Shown here: positions 1 to 15,300 of the stretch, one piece after another
Position numbering within the stretch: the first letter of the stretch is position 1
Layout: every line of letters begins with the position of its first letter
Assembly (NCBI GenBank): GCA_964016885.1
Contig: OZ024747.1
Coordinates: 72,540,001-72,604,000 of the forward strand
DNA length: 64,000 nt
Direction: 5' to 3'
Source: Eledone cirrhosa
Lineage: Eukaryota
Program-made: the position numbers and the translations under genes
Notes under the pieces: model-generated
Seen by the model: only the letters and a program-made list of their open reading frames with translations
Database searches by the model: none
Told to the model about the DNA's origin: nothing

Positions 1-189
1 AAGAGACGACAATGTAGAGACATTCAAAAGAGACGACAATGTAGAGACACTCAAAAGAGACGACAATGTAGAAACACATTCAAAAGAGAGGACAATGTAG
101 AGACACATTCAAAAGAGACGACAATGTAGAGACATTCAAAAGACACGACAATGTAGAGAAATTCAAAAGAGACGACAATGTAGAGACAT

Positions 190-3100
190 TCAAAAGAGAC
201 GACAATGTAGAGACACATTCAAAAGAGACGACAATATAGAGACATTCAAAAGAGACGACAATATAGAGACATTCAAAAGAGACGACAATGTAGAGACACA
301 TTCAAAAGAGCCGACGATGTAGAGACATTCAAAAGAGACGACAATGTAGAGACACATTCAAAAGAGACGACAATATAGAGACATTCAAAAGAGACGACAA
401 TGTAGAGACATTCAAAAGAGACGACAATATAGAGACATTCAAAAGAGACGACAATGTAGAAACACATTCAAAAGAGACGTCAATGTAGAGACACATTCAA
501 AAGAGACGACAATGTAGAGACACATTCAAAAGAGACGACATTGTAGAAACATTCAAAAGAGACGACAATGTAGAGACACATTCAAAAGAGACGACAATAT
601 AGAGACATTCAAAAGAGACGACAATATAGAGACATTCAAAAGAGACGACAATGTAGAAACACATTCAAAAGAGACGACAATGTAGAGACACATTCAAAAG
701 AGACGACAATGTAGAGACATTCAAAGGAGACGACAATGTAGAGACATTCAAAAGAGACGACAATGTAGAGACATTCAAAAGAGACGACAATATAGAGACA
801 CATTCAAAAGAGACGACAATGTAGAGACATTCAAAAGAGACGACAATGTAGAGACACATTAAAAATAGACGACAATGTAGAGACATTCAAAAGAGACGAC
901 AATGTAGAGACACATTCAAAAGAGACGACAATGTAGAGACACATTCAAAAGAGACGACAATATAGAGACATTCAAAAGAGACGACAATATAGAGACACAT
1001 TAAAAAGAGACGACAATGTAGAGACATTCAAAAGAGACGACAATGTAGAGACACATTCAAAAGAGACGACAATGTAGAGACATTCAAAAGAGACGACAAT
1101 GTAGAGACATTCAAAAGAGACGACAATGTAGAGACACATTCAAAAGAGACGACAATGTAGAGACATTCTAAAGAGACGACAATGTAGAGACATTCAAAAG
1201 AGACGACGATGTAGAGACACATTCAAAAGAGAAGACAATGTAGAGACATTCAAAAGAGACGACAATGTAGAGACACATTCAAAAGAGACGACAATGTAGA
1301 GACATTCAAAAGAGACGACAATATAGAGACACATTCAAAAGAGACGACAATGTAGAGACATTCAAAAGAGACGACAATGTAGAGACATTCAAAAGAGACG
1401 ACAATGTAGAAACACATTCAAAAGAGACGACAATGTAGAGACATTCAAAAGAGACGACAATGTAGAGACATTCAAAAGAGACGACAATGTAGAGACATTC
1501 AAAAGAGACGACAATTTAGAAACATTCAAAAGAGACGACAATGTAGAGACACATTCAAAAGAGACGACAATATAGAGACATTCAAAAGAGACGACGATGT
1601 AGCGACACATTCAAAAGAGACGACAATGTAGAGACATTCAAAAGAGACGACAACGTAGAGACATTCAAAAGAGACGACAATGTAGAGACACATTCAAAAG
1701 AGACGACAATGTAGAGACATTCAAAAGAGACGACAATATAGAGACACATTCAAAAGAGACGACAATGTAGAGACATTCAAAAGAGACGACAATATAGAGA
1801 CACATTCAAAAGAGACGACAATGTAGAGACATTCAAAAGAGACGACAATGTAGAGACACTCAAAAGAGACGACAATGTAGAAACACATTCAAAAGAGAGG
1901 ACAATGTAGAGACACATTCAAAAGAGACGACAATGTAGAGACATTCAAAAGAGACGACAATGTAGAGACATTCAAAAGAGACGACAATGTAGAGACATTC
2001 AAAAGAGACGACAATGTAGAAACATTCCAAAGAGACGACAATGTAGAGACACATTCAAAAGAGACGACAATATAGAGACATTCAAAAGAGACGACGATGT
2101 AGAGACACATTCAAAAGAGACGACGATGTAGAGACATTCAAAAGAGACGACAATGTAGAGACACATTCAAAAGAGACGACAATGTAGAGACACATTGAAA
2201 AGAGACGACAATGTAGAAACATTCAAAAGAGACGACAATGTAGAGACACATTCAAAAGAGACGACAATATAGAGACGTTCAAAAGAGACGACAATATAGA
2301 GACATTCAAAAGAGACGACAATGTAGAGACATTCAAAAGAGACGACAATGTAGAGACACATTCAAAAGAGACGACAATGTAGAGACATTCAAAAGAGACG
2401 ACAATATAGAGACACATTCAAAAGAGATGACAATGTAGAGACATTCAAAAGAGACGACAATGTAGAAACATTCAAAAGAGACGACAATGTAGAGACACAT
2501 TCAAAAGAGACGACAATATAGAGACATTCAAAAGAGACGACAATATAGAGACACATTAAAAAGAGACGACAATGTAGAGACATTCAAAAGAGACGACAAT
2601 GTAGAGACACATTCAAAAGAGACGACAATGTAGAGACATTCAAAAGAGACGACAATGTAGAGACATTCAAAAGAGACGACAATGTAGAGACACATTCAAA
2701 AGAGACGACAATGTAGAGACATTCTAAAGAGACGACAATGTAGAGACATTCAAAAGAGACGACGATGTAGAGACACATTCAAAAGAGACGACAATGTAGA
2801 GACATTCTAAAGAGACGACAATGTAGAGACATTCAAAAGAGACGACAATGTAGAGACATTCAAAAGAGACGACAATGTAGAGACATTCAAAAGAGACGAC
2901 AATGTAGAGACACATTCAAAAGAGACGACAATGTAGCGACATTCAAAAGAGAGGACAATGTAGAGACACATTCAAAAGAGACGACAATGTAGAGACATTC
3001 AAAAGAGACGACAATATAGAGACACATTCAAAAGAGACGACAATATAGAGACATTCAAAAGAGACGACAATGTAGAGACACATTCAAAAGAGACGACAAT

Positions 3101-6100
3101 ATAGAGACATTCAAAAGAGACGACAATATAGAGACATTCGAAAGAGACGACAATGTAGAGACACATTCAAAAGAGACGACAATATAGAGACATTCAAAAG
3201 AGACGACAATATAGAGACATTCAAAAGAGACGACAATGTAGAGACACATTCAAAAGAGACGACGATGTAGAGACATTCAAAAGAGACGACAATGTAGAGA
3301 CACATTCAAAAGAGACGACAATGTAGAGACACATTGAAAAGAGACGACAATGTAGAAACATTCAAAAGAGACGACAATGTAGAGACACATTCAAAAGAGA
3401 CGACAATATAGAGACGTTCAAAAGAGACGACAATATAGAGACATTCAAAAGAGACGACAATGTAGAGACATTCAAAAGAGACGACAATGTAGAGACACAT
3501 TCAAAAGAGACGACAATGTAGAGACATTCAAAAGAGACGACAATATAGAGACACATTCAAAAGAGATGACAATGTAGAGACATTCAAAAGAGACGACAAT
3601 GTAGAAACATTCAAAAGAGACGACAATGTAGAGACACATTCAAAAGAGACGACAATATAGTGACATTCAAAAGAGACGACAATATAGAGACACATTAAAA
3701 AGAGACGACAATGTAGAGACATTCAAAAGAGACGACAATGTAGAGACACATTCAAAAGAGACGACAATGTAGAGACATTCAAAAGAGACGACAATGTAGA
3801 GACATTCAAAAGAGACGACAATGTAGAGACACATTCAAAAGAGACGACAATGTAGAGACATTCTAAAGAGACGACAATGTAGAGACATTCAAAAGAGACG
3901 ACGATGTAGAGACACATTCAAAAGAGAAGACAATGTAGAGACATTCAAAAGAGACGACAATGTAGAGACACATTCAAAAGAGACGACAATGTAGAGACAT
4001 TCAAAAGAGACGACAATATAGAGACACATTCAAAAGAGACGACAATGTAGAGACATTCAAAAGAGACGACAATGTAGAGACATTCAAAAGAGACGACAAT
4101 GTAGAAACACATTCAAAAGAGACGACAATGTAGAGACATTAAAAAGAGACGACAATGTAGAGACATTCAAAAGAGACGACAATGTAGAGACATTCAAAAG
4201 AGACGACAATTTAGAAACATTCAAAAGATACGACAATGTAGAGACACATTCAAAAGAGACGACAATATAGAGACATTCAAAAGAGACGACGATGTAGCGA
4301 CACATTCAAAAGAGACGACAATGTAGAGACATTCAAAAGAGACGACAACGTAGAGACATTCAAAAGAGACGACAATGTAGAGACACATTCAAAAGAGACG
4401 ACAATGTAGAGACATTCAAAAGAGACGACAATATAGAGACACATTCAAAAGAGACGACAATGTAGAGACATTCAAAAGAGACGACAATATAGAGACACAT
4501 TCAAAAGAGACGACAATGTAGAGACATTCAAAAGAGACGACAATATAGAGACACTCAAAAGAGACGACAATGTAGAAACACATTCAAAAGAGAGGACAAT
4601 GTAGAGACACATTCAAAAGAGACGACAATGTAGAGACATTCAAAAGAGACGACAATGTAGAGACATTCAAAAGAGACGACAATGTAGAGACATTCAAAAG
4701 AGACGACAATGTAGAAACATTCCAAAGAGACGACAATGTAGAGACACATTCAAAAGAGACGACAATATAGAGACATTCAAAAGAGACGACGATGTAGAGA
4801 CACATTCAAAAGAGACGACAATGTAGAGACATTCAAAAGAGACGACAATGTAGAGACATTCAAAAGAGACGACAATGTAGAGACATTCAAAAGAGACAAC
4901 AATGTAGAGACACATTCAAAAGAGACGACAATGTAGCGACATTCAAAAGAGACGACAATGTAGAGACACATTCAAAAGAGACGACAATGTAGAGACATTC
5001 AAAAGAGACGACAATATAGAGACACATTCAAAAGAGACGACAATATAGAGACATTCAAAAGAGACGACAATGTAGAGACACATTCAAAAGAGACGACAAT
5101 ATAGAGACATTCAAAAGAGACGACAATATAGAGACATTCGAAAGAGACGACAATGTAGAGACACATTCAAAAGAGACGACAATATAGAGACATTCAAAAG
5201 AGACGACAATATAGAGACATTCAAAAGAGACGACAATGTAGAGACACATTCAAAAGAGACGACAATGTAGAGACACATTGAAAAGAGACGACAATGTAGA
5301 AACATTCAAAAGAGACGACAATGTAGAGACACATTCAAAAGAGACGACAATATAGAGACGTTCAAAGGAGACGACAATATAGAGACATTCAAAAGAGACG
5401 ACAATGTAGAGACATTCTAAAGAGACGACAATGTAGAGACATTCAAAAGAGACGACGATGTAGAGACACATTCAAAAGAGAAGACAATGTAGAGACATTC
5501 AAAAGAGACGACAATGTAGAGACACATTCAAAAGAGACGACAATGTAGAGACATTCAAAAGAGACGACAATGTAGAGACACTCAAAAGAGACGACAATGT
5601 AGAAACACATTCAAAAGAGAGGACAATGTAGAGACACATTCAAAAGAGACGACAATGTAGAGACATTCAAAAGACACGACAATGTAGAGAAATTCAAAAG
5701 AGACGACAATGTAGAGACATTCAAAAGAGACGACAATGTAGAAACATTCCAAAGAGACGACAATATAGAGACACATTCAAAAGAGACGACAATATAGAGA
5801 CATTCAAAAGAGACGACGATGTAGAGACACATTCAAAAGAGACGACAATGTAGAGACATTCAAAAGAGACGACAATGTAGAGACATTCAAAAGAGACGAC
5901 AATGTAGAGACATTCAAAAGAGACGACAATGTAGAGACACATTCAAAAGAGACGACAATGTAGCGACATTCAAAAGAGACGACAATGTAGAGACACATTC
6001 AAAAGAGACGACAATGTAGAGACATTCAAAAGAGACGACAATATAGAGACACATTCAAAAGAGACGACAATATAGAGACATTCAAAAGAGACGACAATGT

Positions 6101-9100
6101 AGAGACACATTCAAAAGAGACGACAATATAGAGACATTCAAAAGAGACGACAATATAGAGACATTCGAAAGAGACGACAATGTAGAGACACATTCAAAAG
6201 AGACGACAATATAGAGACATTCAAAAGAGACGACAATATAGAGACATTCAAAAGAGACGACAATGTAGAGACACATTCAAAAGAGACGACGATGTAGAGA
6301 CATTCAAAAGAGACGACAATGTAGAGACACATTCAAAAGAGACGACAATGTAGAGACACATTGAAAAGAGACGACAATGTAGAAACATTCAAAAGAGACG
6401 ACAATGTAGAGACACATTCAAAAGAGACGACAATATAGAGACGTTCAAAAGAGACGACAATATAGAGACATTCAAAAGAGACGACAATGTAGAGACATTC
6501 AAAAGAGACGACAATGTAGAAACACATTCAAAAGAGAAGACAATGTAGAGACATTCAAAAGAGACGACAATGTAGAGACACATTCAAAAGAGACGACAAT
6601 GTAGAGACATTCAAAAGAGACGACAATATAGAGACACATTCAAAAGAGACGACAATGTAGAGACATTCAAAAGAGACGACAATGTAGAGACATTCAAAAG
6701 AGACGACAATGTAGAGACATTCAAAAGAGACGACAATGTAGAGACACATTCAAAAGAGACGACAATGTAGAGACACATTCAAAAGAGACGACAATATAGA
6801 GACATTCAAAAGAGACGACAATATAGAGACATTCAAAAGAGACGACAATGTAGAAACACATTCAAAAGAGATGACAATGTAGAGACATTCAAAAGAGACG
6901 ACAATGTAGAGACACATTCAAAAGAGACGACAATGTAGAGACATTCAAAAGAGACGACAATGTAGAGACACATTCAAAAGAGACGACAATATAGAGACAT
7001 TCAAAAGAGACGACAATATAGAGACATTCAAAAGAGACGACAATGTAGAGACACATTCAAAAGAGCCGACGATGTAGAGACATTCAAAAGAGACGACAAT
7101 GTAGAGACACATTCAAAAGAGACGACAATATAGAGACATTCAAAAGAGACGACAATGTAGAGACATTCAAAAGAGACGACAATATAGAGACATTCAAAAG
7201 AGACGACAATGTAGAAACACATTCAAAAGAGACGTCAATGTAGAGACACATTCAAAAGAGACGACAATGTAGAGACACATTCAAAAGAGACGACATTGTA
7301 GAAACATTCAAAAGAGACGACAATGTAGAGACACATTCAAAAGAGACGACAATATAGAGACATTCAAAAGAGACGACAATATAGAGACATTCAAAAGAGA
7401 CGACAATGTAGAAACACATTCAAAAGAGACGACAATGTAGAGACACATTCAAAAGAGACGACAATGTAGAGACATTCAAAAGAGACGACAATGTAGAGAC
7501 ATTCAAAGGAGACGACAATGTAGAGACATTCAAAAGAGACGACAATGTAGAGACATTCAAAAGAGACGACAATATAGAGACACATTCAAAAGAGACGACA
7601 ATGTAGAGACATTCAAAAGAGACGACAATGTAGAGACACATTAAAAATAGACGACAATGTAGAGACATTCAAAAGAGACGACAATGTAGAGACACATTCA
7701 AAAGAGACGACAATGTAGAGACACATTCAAAAGAGACGACAATATAGAGACATTCAAAAGAGACGACAATATAGAGACACATTAAAAAGAGACGACAATG
7801 TAGAGACATTCAAAAGAGACGACAATGTAGAGACACATTCAAAAGAGACGACAATGTAGAGACATTCAAAAGAGACGACAATGTAGAGACATTCAAAAGA
7901 GACGACAATGTAGAGACACATTCAAAAGAGACGACAATGTAGAGACATTCTAAAGAGACGACAATGTAGAGACATTCAAAAGAGACGACGATGTAGAGAC
8001 ACATTCAAAAGAGAAGACAATGTAGAGACATTCAAAAGAGACGACAATGTAGAGACACATTCAAAAGAGACGACAATGTAGAGACATTCAAAAGAGACGA
8101 CAATATAGAGACACGTTCAAAAGAGACGACAATGTAGAGACATTCAAAAGAGACGACAATGTAGAGACATTCAAAAGAGACGACAATGTAGAAACACATT
8201 CAAAAGAGACGACAATGTAGAGACATTCAAAAGAGACGACAATGTAGAGACATTCAAAAGAGACGACAATGTAGAGACATTCAAAAGAGACGACAATTTA
8301 GAAACATTCAAAAGAGACGACAATGTAGAGACACATTCAAAAGAGACGACAATATAGAGACATTCAAAAGAGACGACGATGTAGCGACACATTCAAAAGA
8401 GACGACAATGTAGAGACATTCAAAAGAGACGACAACGTAGAGACATTCAAAAGAGACGACAATGTAGAGACACATTCAAAAGAGACGACAATGTAGAGAC
8501 ATTCAAAAGAGACGACAATATAGAGACACATTCAAAAGAGACGACAATGTAGAAACATTCAAAAGAGACGACAATGTAGAGACACATTCAAAAGAGACGA
8601 CAATATAGAGACATTCAAAAGAGACGACGATGTAGCGACACATTCAAAAGAGACGACAATGTAGAGACATTCAAAAGAGACGACAACGTAGAGACATTCA
8701 AAAGAGACGACAATGTAGAGACATTCAAAAGAGACGACAATGTAGAGACACTCAAAAGAGACGACAATGTAGAAACACATTCAAAAGAGAGGACAATGTA
8801 GAGACACATTCAAAAGAGACGACAATGTAGAGACATTCAAAAGAGACGACAATGTAGAGACATTCAAAAGAGACGACAATGTAGAGACATTCAAAAGAGA
8901 CGACAATGTAGAAACATTCCAAAGAGACGACGATGTAGAGACACATTCAAAAGAGACGACAATATAGAGACATTCAAAAGAGACGACGATGTAGAGACAC
9001 ATTCAAAAGAGACGACGATGTAGAGACATTCAAAAGAGACGACAATGTAGAGACACATTCAAAAGAGACGACAATGTAGAGACACATTGAAAAGAGACGA

Positions 9101-12100
9101 CAATGTAGAAACATTCAAAAGAGACGACAATGTAGAGACACATTCAAAAGAGACGACAATATAGAGACGTTCAAAAGAGACGACAATATAGAGACATTCA
9201 AAAGAGACGACAATGTAGAGACATTCAAAAGAGACGACAATGTAGAGACACATTCAAAAGAGACGACAATGTAGAGACATTCAAAAGAGACGACAATATA
9301 GAGACACATTCAAAAGAGATGACAATGTAGAGACATTCAAAAGAGACGACAATGTAGAAACATTCAAAAGAGACGACAATGTAGAGACACATTCAAAAGA
9401 GACGACAATATAGAGACATTCAAAAGAGACGACAATATAGAGACACATTAAAAAGAGACGACAATGTAGAGACATTCAAAAGAGACGACAATGTAGAGAC
9501 ACATTCAAAAGAGACGACAATGTAGAGACATTCAAAAGAGACGACAATGTAGAGACATTCAAAAGAGACGACAATGTAGAGACACATTCAAAAGAGACGA
9601 CAATGTAGAGACATTCTAAAGAGACGACAATGTAGAGACATTCAAAAGAGACGACGATGTAGAGACACATTCAAAAGAGACGACAATGTAGAGACATTCT
9701 AAAGAGATGACAATGTAGAGACATTCAAAAGAGACGACAATGTAGAGACATTCAAAAGAGACGACAATGTAGAGACATTCAAAAGAGACGACAATGTAGA
9801 GACACATTCAAAAGAGACGACAATGTAGCGACATTCAAAAGAGAGGACAATGTAGAGACACATTCAAAAGAGACGACAATGTAGAGACATTCAAAAGAGA
9901 CGACAATATAGAGACACATTCAAAAGAGACGACAATATAGAGACATTCAAAAGAGACGACAATGTAGAGACACATTCAAAAGAGACGACAATATAGAGAC
10001 ATTCAAAAGAGACGACAATATAGAGACATTCGAAAGAGACGACAATGTAGAGACACATTCAAAAGAGACGACAATATAGAGACATTCAAAAGAGACGACA
10101 ATATAGAGACATTCAAAAGAGACGACAATGTAGAGAGACATTCAAAAGAGACGACGATGTAGAGACATTCAAAAGAGACGACAATGTAGAGACACATTCA
10201 AAAGAGACGACAATGTAGAGACACATTGAAAAGAGACGACAATGTAGAAACATTCAAAAGAGACGACAATGTAGAGACACATTCAAAAGAGACGACAATA
10301 TAGAGACGTTCAAAAGAGACGACAATATAGAGACATTCAAAAGAGACGACAATGTAGAGACATTCAAAAGAGACGACAATGTAGAGACACATTCAAAAGA
10401 GACGACAATGTAGAGACATTCAAAAGAGACGACAATATAGAGACACATTCAAAAGAGATGACAATGTAGAGACATTCAAAAGAGACGACAATGTAGAAAC
10501 ATTCAAAAGAGACGACAATGTAGAGACACATTCAAAAGAGACGACAATATAGTGACATTCAAAAGAGACGACAATATAGAGACACATTAAAAAGAGACGA
10601 CAATGTAGAGACATTCAAAAGAGACGACAATGTAGAGACACATTCAAAAGAGACGACAATGTAGAGACATTCAAAAGAGACGACAATGTAGAGACATTCA
10701 AAAGAGACGACAATGTAGAGACACATTCAAAAGAGACGACAATGTAGAGACATTCTAAAGAGACGACAATGTAGAGACATTCAAAAGAGACGACGATGTA
10801 GAGACACATTCAAAAGAGAAGACAATGTAGAGACATTCAAAAGAGACGACAATGTAGAGACACATTCAAAAGAGACGACAATGTAGAGACATTCAAAAGA
10901 GACGACAATATAGAGACACATTCAAAAGAGACGACAATGTAGAGACATTCAAAAGAGACGACAATGTAGAGACATTCAAAAGAGACGACAATGTAGAAAC
11001 ACATTCAAAAGAGACGACAATGTAGAGACATTCAAAAGAGACGACAATGTAGAGACATTCAAAAGAGACGACAATGTAGAGACATTCAAAAGAGACGACA
11101 ATTTAGAAACATTCAAAAGATACGACAATGTAGAGACACATTCAAAAGAGACGACAATATAGAGACATTCAAAAGAGACGACGATGTAGCGACACATTCA
11201 AAAGAGACGACAATGTAGAGACATTCAAAAGAGACGACAACGTAGAGACATTCAAAAGAGACGACAATGTAGAGACACATTCAAAAGAGACGACAATGTA
11301 GAGACATTCAAAAGAGACGACAATATAGAGACACATTCAAAAGAGACGACAATGTAGAGACATTCAAAAGAGACGACAATATAGAGACACATTCAAAAGA
11401 GACGACAATGTAGAGACATTCAAAAGAGACGACAATGTAGAGACACTCAAAAGAGACGACAATGTAGAAACACATTCAAAAGAGAGGACAATGTAGAGAC
11501 ACATTCAAAAGAGACGACAATGTAGAGACATTCAAAAGAGACGACAATGTAGAGACATTCAAAAGAGACGACAATGTAGAGACATTCAAAAGAGACGACA
11601 ATGTAGAAACATTCCAAAGAGACGACAATGTAGAGACACATTCAAAAGAGACGACAATATAGAGACATTCAAAAGAGACGACGATGTAGAGACACATTCA
11701 AAAGAGACGACAATGTAGAGACATTCAAAAGAGACGACAATGTAGAGACATTCAAAAGAGACGACAATGTAGAGACATTCAAAAGAGACAACAATGTAGA
11801 GACACATTCAAAAGAGACGACAATGTAGCGACATTCAAAAGAGACGACAATGTAGAGACACATTCAAAAGAGACGACAATGTAGAGACATTCAAAAGAGA
11901 CGACAATATAGAGACACATTCAAAAGAGACGACAATATAGAGACATTCAAAAGAGACGACAATGTAGAGACACATTCAAAAGAGACGACAATATAGAGAC
12001 ATTCAAAAGAGACGACAATATAGAGACATTCGAAAGAGACGACAATGTAGAGACACATTCAAAAGAGACGACAATATAGAGACATTCAAAAGAGACGACA

Positions 12101-12140
12101 ATATAGAGACATTCAAAAGAGACGACAATGTAGAGACACA
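190..12140. repeat. Higher-order duplication within the array: about 190-5250 repeated at about 6945-12140 (offset 6755, rising to 6782 then 6892)
   Basis: Rare variants recur in the same order: GAGCCGAC at 311/7066 (+6755), TAGTGAC at 3661/10553 (+6892), AGATACGAC at 4229/11121 (+6892). ORF-track pairs 1028/7810 (+6782) and 5055/11947 (+6892) agree. Boundaries are approximate. Confidence 0.85.
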
Positions 12141-12389
12141 TTCAAAAGAGACGACGATGTAGAGACATTCAAAAGAGACGACAATGTAGAGACACATTCA
12201 AAAGAGACGACAATGTAGAGACACATTGAAAAGAGACGACAATGTAGAAACATTCAAAAGAGACGACAATGTAGAGACACATTCAAAAGAGACGACAATA
12301 TAGAGACGTTCAAAAGAGACGACAATATAGAGACATTCAAAAGAGACGACAATGTAGAGACATTCAAAAGAGACGACAATGTAGAGACA

Positions 12390-15300
12390 CATTCAAAAGA
12401 GACGACAATGTAGAGACATTCAAAAGAGACGACAATATAGAGACACATTCAAAAGAGACGACAATGTAGAGACATTCAAAAGAGACGACAATGTAGAGAC
12501 ATTCAAAAGAGACGACAATGTAGAAACACATTCAAAAGAGACGACAATGTAGAGACATTCAAAAGAGACGACAATTTAGAAACATTCAAAAGAGACGACA
12601 ATGTAGAGACACATTCAAAAGAGACGACAATGTAGAAACATTCAAAAGAGACGACAACGTAGAGACATTCAAAAGAGACGACAATGTAGAGACACATTCA
12701 AAAGAGACGACAATGTAGAGACATTCAAAAGAGACGACAATATAGAGACACATTCAAAAGAGACGACAATGTAGAGACATTCAAAAGAGACGACAATATA
12801 GAGACACATTCAAAAGAGACGACAATGTAGAGACATTCAAAAGAGACGACAATGTAGAGACACTCAAAAGAGACGACAATGTAGAAACACATTCAAAAGA
12901 GAGGACAATGTAGAGACACATTCAAAAGAGACGACAATGTAGAGACATTCAAAAGAGACGACAATGTAGAGACATTCAAAAGAGACGACAATGTAGAGAC
13001 ATTCAAAAGAGACGACAATGTAGAAACATTCCAAAGAGACGACAATGTAGAGACACATTCAAAAGAGACGGCAATATAGAGACATTCAAAAGAGACGACG
13101 ATGTAGAGACACATTCAAAAGAGACGACAATGTAGAGACATTCAAAAGAGACGACAATGTAGAGACATTCAAAAGAGACGACAATGTAGAGACATTCAAA
13201 AGAGACGACAATGTGGAGACACATTCAAAAGAGACGACAATTTAGCGACATTCAAAAGAGACGACAATGTAGAGACACATTCAAAAGAGACGACAATGTA
13301 GAGACATTCAAAAGAGACGACAATATAGAGACACATTCAAAAGAGACGACAATATAGAGACATTCAAAAGAGACGACAATGTAGAGACACATTCAAAAGA
13401 GACGACAATATAGAGACATTCAAAAGAGACGACAATATAGAGACATTCGAAAGAGACGACAATGTAGAGACACATTCAAAAGAGACGACAATATAGAGAC
13501 ATTCAAAAGAGACGACAATATAGAGACATTCAAAAGAGACGACAATGTAGAGACACATTCAAAAGAGACGACGATGTAGAGACATTCAAAAGAGACGACA
13601 ATGTAGAGACACATTCAAAAGAGACGACAATGTAGAGACACATTGAAAAGAGACGACAATGTAGAAACATTCAAAAGAGACGACAATGTAGAGACACATT
13701 CAAAAGAGACGACAATATAGAGACGTTCAAAAGAGACGACAATATAGAGACATTCAAAAGAGACGACAATGTAGAGACATTCAAAAGAGACGACAATGTA
13801 GAAACACATTCAAAAGAGAAGACAATGTAGAGACATTCAAAAGAGACGACAATGTAGAGACACATTCAAAAGAGACGACAATGTAGAGACATTCAAAAGA
13901 GACGACAATATAGAGACACATTCAAAAGAGACGACAATGTAGAGACATTCAAAAGAGACGACAATGTAGAGACATTCAAAAGAGACGACAATGTAGAGAC
14001 ATTCAAAAGAGACGACAATGTAGAGACACATTCAAAAGAGACGACAATGTAGAGACATTCAAAAGAGACGACAATGTAGAGACATTCAAAAGAGACGACA
14101 ATGTAGAGACATTCAAAAGAGACGACAATGTAGAAACATTCAAAAGAGACGACAATGTAGAGACACATTCAAAAGAGACGACAATGTAGAGACATTCAAA
14201 AGAGACGACAATATAGAGACACATTCAAAAGAGACGACAATGTAGAGACATTCAAAAGAGACGACAATGTAGAGACATTCAAAAGAGACGACAATGTAGA
14301 GACATTCAAAAGAGACGACAATGTAGAGACACATTCAAAAGAGACGACAATGTAGAGACATTCAAAAGAGACGACAATGTAGAGACATTCAAAAGAGACG
14401 ACGATGTAGAGACACATTCAAAAGAGACGACAATGTAGAGACATTCAAAAGAGACGACAATGTAGAGACATTCAAAAGAGACGACAATGTAGAGACACAT
14501 TCAAAAGAGACGACAATGTAGAGACGTTCAATAGAGACGACAATATAGAGACACATTCAAAAGAGACGACAATGTAGAGACATTCAAAAGAGACGACAAT
14601 ATAGAGACACATTCAAAAGAGACGACAATGTAGAGACATTCAAAAGAGACGACAATGTAGAGACATTCAAAAGAGACGACAATGTAGAAACACATTCAAA
14701 AGAGACGACAATGTAGAGACACATTCAAAAGAGACGACAATGTAGAGACATTCAAAAGAGACGACAATGTAGAGACACATTCAAAAGAGACGACAATGTA
14801 GAGACATTCAAAAGAGACGACAATGTAGAGACACATTCAAAAGAGACGACAATGTAGAGACACATTCAAAAGAGACGACAATATAGAGACATTCAAAAGA
14901 GACGACAATATAGAGACATTCGAAAGAGACGACAATGTAGAGACACATTCAAAAGAGACGACAATATAGAGACATTCAAAAGAGACGACAATATAGAGAC
15001 ATTCAAAAGAGACGACAATGTAGAGACACATTCAAAAGAGACGACGATGTAGAGACATTCAAAAGAGACGACAAAGTAGAGACACATTCAAAAGAGACGA
15101 CAATGTAGAGACACATTAAAAAGAGACGACAATGTAGAAACATTCAAAAGAGACGACAATGTAGAGACACATTCAAAAGAGACGACAATATAGAGACGTT
15201 CAAAAGAGACGACAATATAGAGACATTCAAAAGAGACGACAATGTAGAGACATTCAAAAGAGACGACAATGTAGAAACACATTCAAAAGAGAAGACAATG

